A stretch of DNA of 64,000 bases, taken from assembly GCA_002633005.1 (NCBI GenBank), contig NMRA01000113.1, forward strand, positions 273,530 through 337,529, given 5' to 3'. The notes beneath the pieces are model-generated. The model ran no database searches. It was not told the origin of the DNA and saw only the letters and a list, made by a program, of their open reading frames with translations. The stretch is from Phoronis australis (Eukaryota; Animalia; Phoronida). Of the stretch, positions 61,151 through 64,000 are shown piece by piece. Position numbers and translations under genes: made by a program. Position 1 is the first letter of the stretch. The number at the start of each line of letters is the position of its first letter.

Positions 61151-61887
61151 TTTCAGCAATTAAATTACAAAACATTGAAACTTTCATCCTCTCGGCTTTA
61201 AATGACATATTTTTATAATGCGACTATCCCAGTTTACAGTGAAAATAAATATTAATAATGTAACACATTGGACATTTACTTGCACAACTTCACCCATTTT
61301 CATATTTGTGCGCCGAGCAATTGTAAAACCGGATGTGGAATGTTTAAAATACGAAAAAAAAATATTTTTAACAAAAAACAAAATTATTGCTACACCCAAA
61401 AGTTTTTAAAATACTAAAAACTGTTCCATATCATTTTTAATATTTTACTTTTCAAGTTTGGCTGATAATGTAGTATACTTTCATTTACTCTTCATGATTG
61501 ATTTCATGGTTTCTATCTACTCAATTACGAACTCCATGTTGTGTGCGTTTGCAGCTTATCGATTAATCGAAGATGAAACGTCTTACTTTACGGATGTAAA
61601 ACATTTTCATTGTCTCATGATTTGATATTTTGTTGGACTAGATGTCGGGTAGGTTACTATTTCTACGATTACTCGTCATTCTCCTTCATTTTTCATTCTT
61701 TTGGAGCAACGTTAAAATGGATAGATCTTGTAACTCGTTCATCCATCTGTCACTGACTTGGCCTAGGCAATGACCATCGCCTCTGTTGGCCCGACCAGAG
61801 GCGATGCAGCTCCTATAAGCTTTTCGGCGAATTATGCCTCGCAATGGCTAAAGCATGAAAGTCACGTTGTAGCCAATCAGTAAAACG

Positions 61888-62048
61888 TGTAGTAATAGCC
61901 GAGATCACCCGACTCGGGGATCGAACCCGCGACCCCCATAAAACTGGCAAGCGTGCTAACCATTCAGCTAATACTGCTAATAGGCAATTGCCCGTTAGCG
62001 AATAGCTAACAGAGGCTCATATAATTCACCGGAAGCACATCTACAACA
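61888..62048 (-). mobile_element. Solo LTR of the tRNA-containing TRIM family
   Basis: TG...CA, 161 bp, 4-bp TSD AACG (61884-61887, 62049-62052); A box 61960-61970, B box 61917-61927; homologous to 29551-29710. Confidence 0.85.
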
Positions 62049-62884
62049 AACGTTACTCTGTTGTTATTTCGATTGCCCTTGTCCTTGGGGTTTATTATGA
62101 GGGATATAATTAGCCAGTCGGCAATGCGTGTAAAAATGGTGCTGGGCGAGTAGAAGTTGACTTGCGGGCGCCCAGGTGGCGATTGAATTTTCAGGCATTT
62201 GTGGACTTGTCCGAAACAAAGAAAAGGGGGGAAAGGTGGAAGACCGGTTCATGTGCTCGCAGCAGGTGAAATACCATTATTCTTGGAACTTATTTCTTAT
62301 TATAATGTACAATGCAATGTCATTTTAGCCAAAATTATTTTATAAGTAATAACATTTGTCCTAATAAGTGCCCATACCCCTATAAGCGACCTCCCCCCCG
62401 CACTTGTTTTCAGACTTCGCTAAAATAAGAGTCCAGTCCATGAACGTGTACATATGCGAAAAATGCCTTACCTACAGTTCTAAAATTCTACAGTAATGTC
62501 TTCAATTTATCAATAATATGCGACAGTCCTGAAAAAAATCATTGTGCGCGGTATTTCTAGACCACGAGCCTCGCCGCTATGTCAGTAGTTAGCCGTGGCT
62601 GTACACTTCTAAAAGAATGCAAAAGTTCTGCTGATCTTGCGAGGAACCTGTCCCACGCTGACCAAGTCTTTCAGAACAGACACAGCGTACCTGTCAACGG
62701 AATTGTATTGTATCTTTCCCGTACAGCTATTCTCCCTCAACAGGAATGCAGATTACTTTTGTACACGTAAACACTGCGAATAGAAACTTGTCTAGTGTTA
62801 ATGAGCTTTTGGCCAAGAAGTGTGCGCTAGGGCCCACATATTTGTATGTGGGCCTGCTACCGACTCTGGCAAATGAACTCTGAT

Positions 62885-63043
62885 GACACGCACGCGCTCA
62901 CTCGGCGCACACCTGCAAACTAACTTCAAAACAAACCTCACGTGACAACAACATGTGTGTTCGTTCAGATTTTTCGCTTGTTGCGGGGTGCGATCTAGCC
63001 CAGATTTGGACAGCGGTTAATCCGAACTCCACAGGAACTTAAA
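62885..63043. repeat. Second copy of the repeat at 1-164
   Basis: AACTTCAAAACAAAC.TCACGTGACAACAACATGTGTGTTC...CAGATTTGGAC. Confidence 0.75.
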
Positions 63044-63250
63044 ACTCTTAAGTACGCTACTTGGAAAACTTAAAGGAGAATGCCACCCGATTTAATTAGT
63101 GTTTTTTACCGTCATAATCGGTCTATATCCACATCACCTGTCCTCGTATACGGTCAGTGTCACCTCGCCGAGAGGTGTCGCGTTAACCTGTGAAGAAGGT
63201 GAGAAACAACTCAGCGACGTCAGTGGTTCTTCTGCAGAGTGAGTGCTGCT

Positions 63251-63560
63251 ATGGAGTGGTGTATCGTTCCCGCTTGTGCGAACTATGAAGCTACAAGGAA
63301 AGCAGATATATTTTGTTTTTTCGATTTCCTCGAGAGCACACAATGCTTCAGAAGTGGTTCGCGGTAGTGAAGAATGAAAAGTACGCTGTAATACCAATTA
63401 AGTATGAGGCCGTGAAACTTGTCTGTGTCTGTGGCCGGCATTTCGTCTACATTGATTTCACTGACGATCGAATGCCGGCTCACCAAACAGCTCATGCCAG
63501 GGCAGAAAAAGAGACTGAGTATGAAGTCAGATGTTGTGCTTAGTGTGGTGTGTTTGGGTT
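63251..63560 (+). pseudogene. Frameshifted THAP zinc-finger domain, probably of a Kolobok-type transposon starting at 63074
   Basis: MEWCIVPACAN...(fs)FFRFPRE....KWFAVVK...VCGRHF...(fs)LSMKSDVVLSV fits the C2CH THAP signature; TTAA|AGGAGAATGCC at 63070-63084. Confidence 0.72.
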
Positions 63561-64000
63561 CAGTAAACAGGAGACAAAAAAACGCAGATGGGTTGCTCAG
63601 TTTTTTGTTGTGGAAAATTGTAGCTGGCCATGGAAACATAATTAATTCATGAGAACATAACCTTTTATATAACCTGTTTGATGACTTGCTCTTTCGTCAG
63701 GCTTCTGCTTGGACCTCTGGGTATAGGATATTTTCGCCAGTTCTTTTTCCCAGTCCCAAAAACGTTGTAAGCAGACTTCTGTTTAGATGCAGTGCAAAAT
63801 CAGGATGGTCCGTGAGACACATCTATGCTTCTCCAAGAAGGTGTTTCACTGGAGGAGTTTCGTGGTAGCAAACGCAAACGTCAGTTGTTTCCGTTATCGT
63901 GCAGTTAGCACACTGGCCCCATGACAAATCATTCAAACGGTTTTTGGAACTATCCATAGGTTCCGTTGTCTGTGTACGTTCACGGCGCCTCTCTTGTGAT

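Noticed and set aside
61779-61811. 11-bp perfect hairpin CATCGCCTCTG/CAGAGGCGATG
   Set aside because: Isolated; probably a repeat remnant; bacterial terminator logic does not apply.

Overview
Eukaryotic (animal) genomic DNA, AT-rich, with spliceosomal introns and two N-gaps. The repeat content suggests a marine lophotrochozoan-type invertebrate, but this is inference only. Three intact multi-exon genes were rebuilt by hand from GT-AG exons: RBFA (mitochondrial ribosome-binding factor A, minus, 5 exons, 25442-30364), PHKG (phosphorylase kinase gamma catalytic subunit, plus, 10 coding exons, 40658-50861) and THOC6 (THO complex WD40 subunit, minus, 10 exons, 52498-61150). The first ~24 kb is a nested transposon graveyard. 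It holds several Ty3/Gypsy elements, including a full-length Mag-like copy with 245-bp LTRs and a 5-bp TSD. It also holds a spliced Kolobok-type transposase remnant, DIRS/Ngaro gag fragments, a Sola-like TIR element hosting a Helentron-type (HINE) element, a 6-bp-TSD MITE and a YqaJ-like remnant. The most unusual signal is a 555-bp non-coding LTR element (TRIM) in RBFA intron 1, plus a solo LTR of the same family upstream of THOC6; their LTRs carry a tRNA-like Pol III A/B-box cassette. Also notable are two hammerhead-ribozyme-like cores, a young inverted HINE pair with a visible empty site and core-repeat expansion, and a 56-bp insertion that places a perfect CRE in the RBFA promoter. All calls are by eye; no searches were run.
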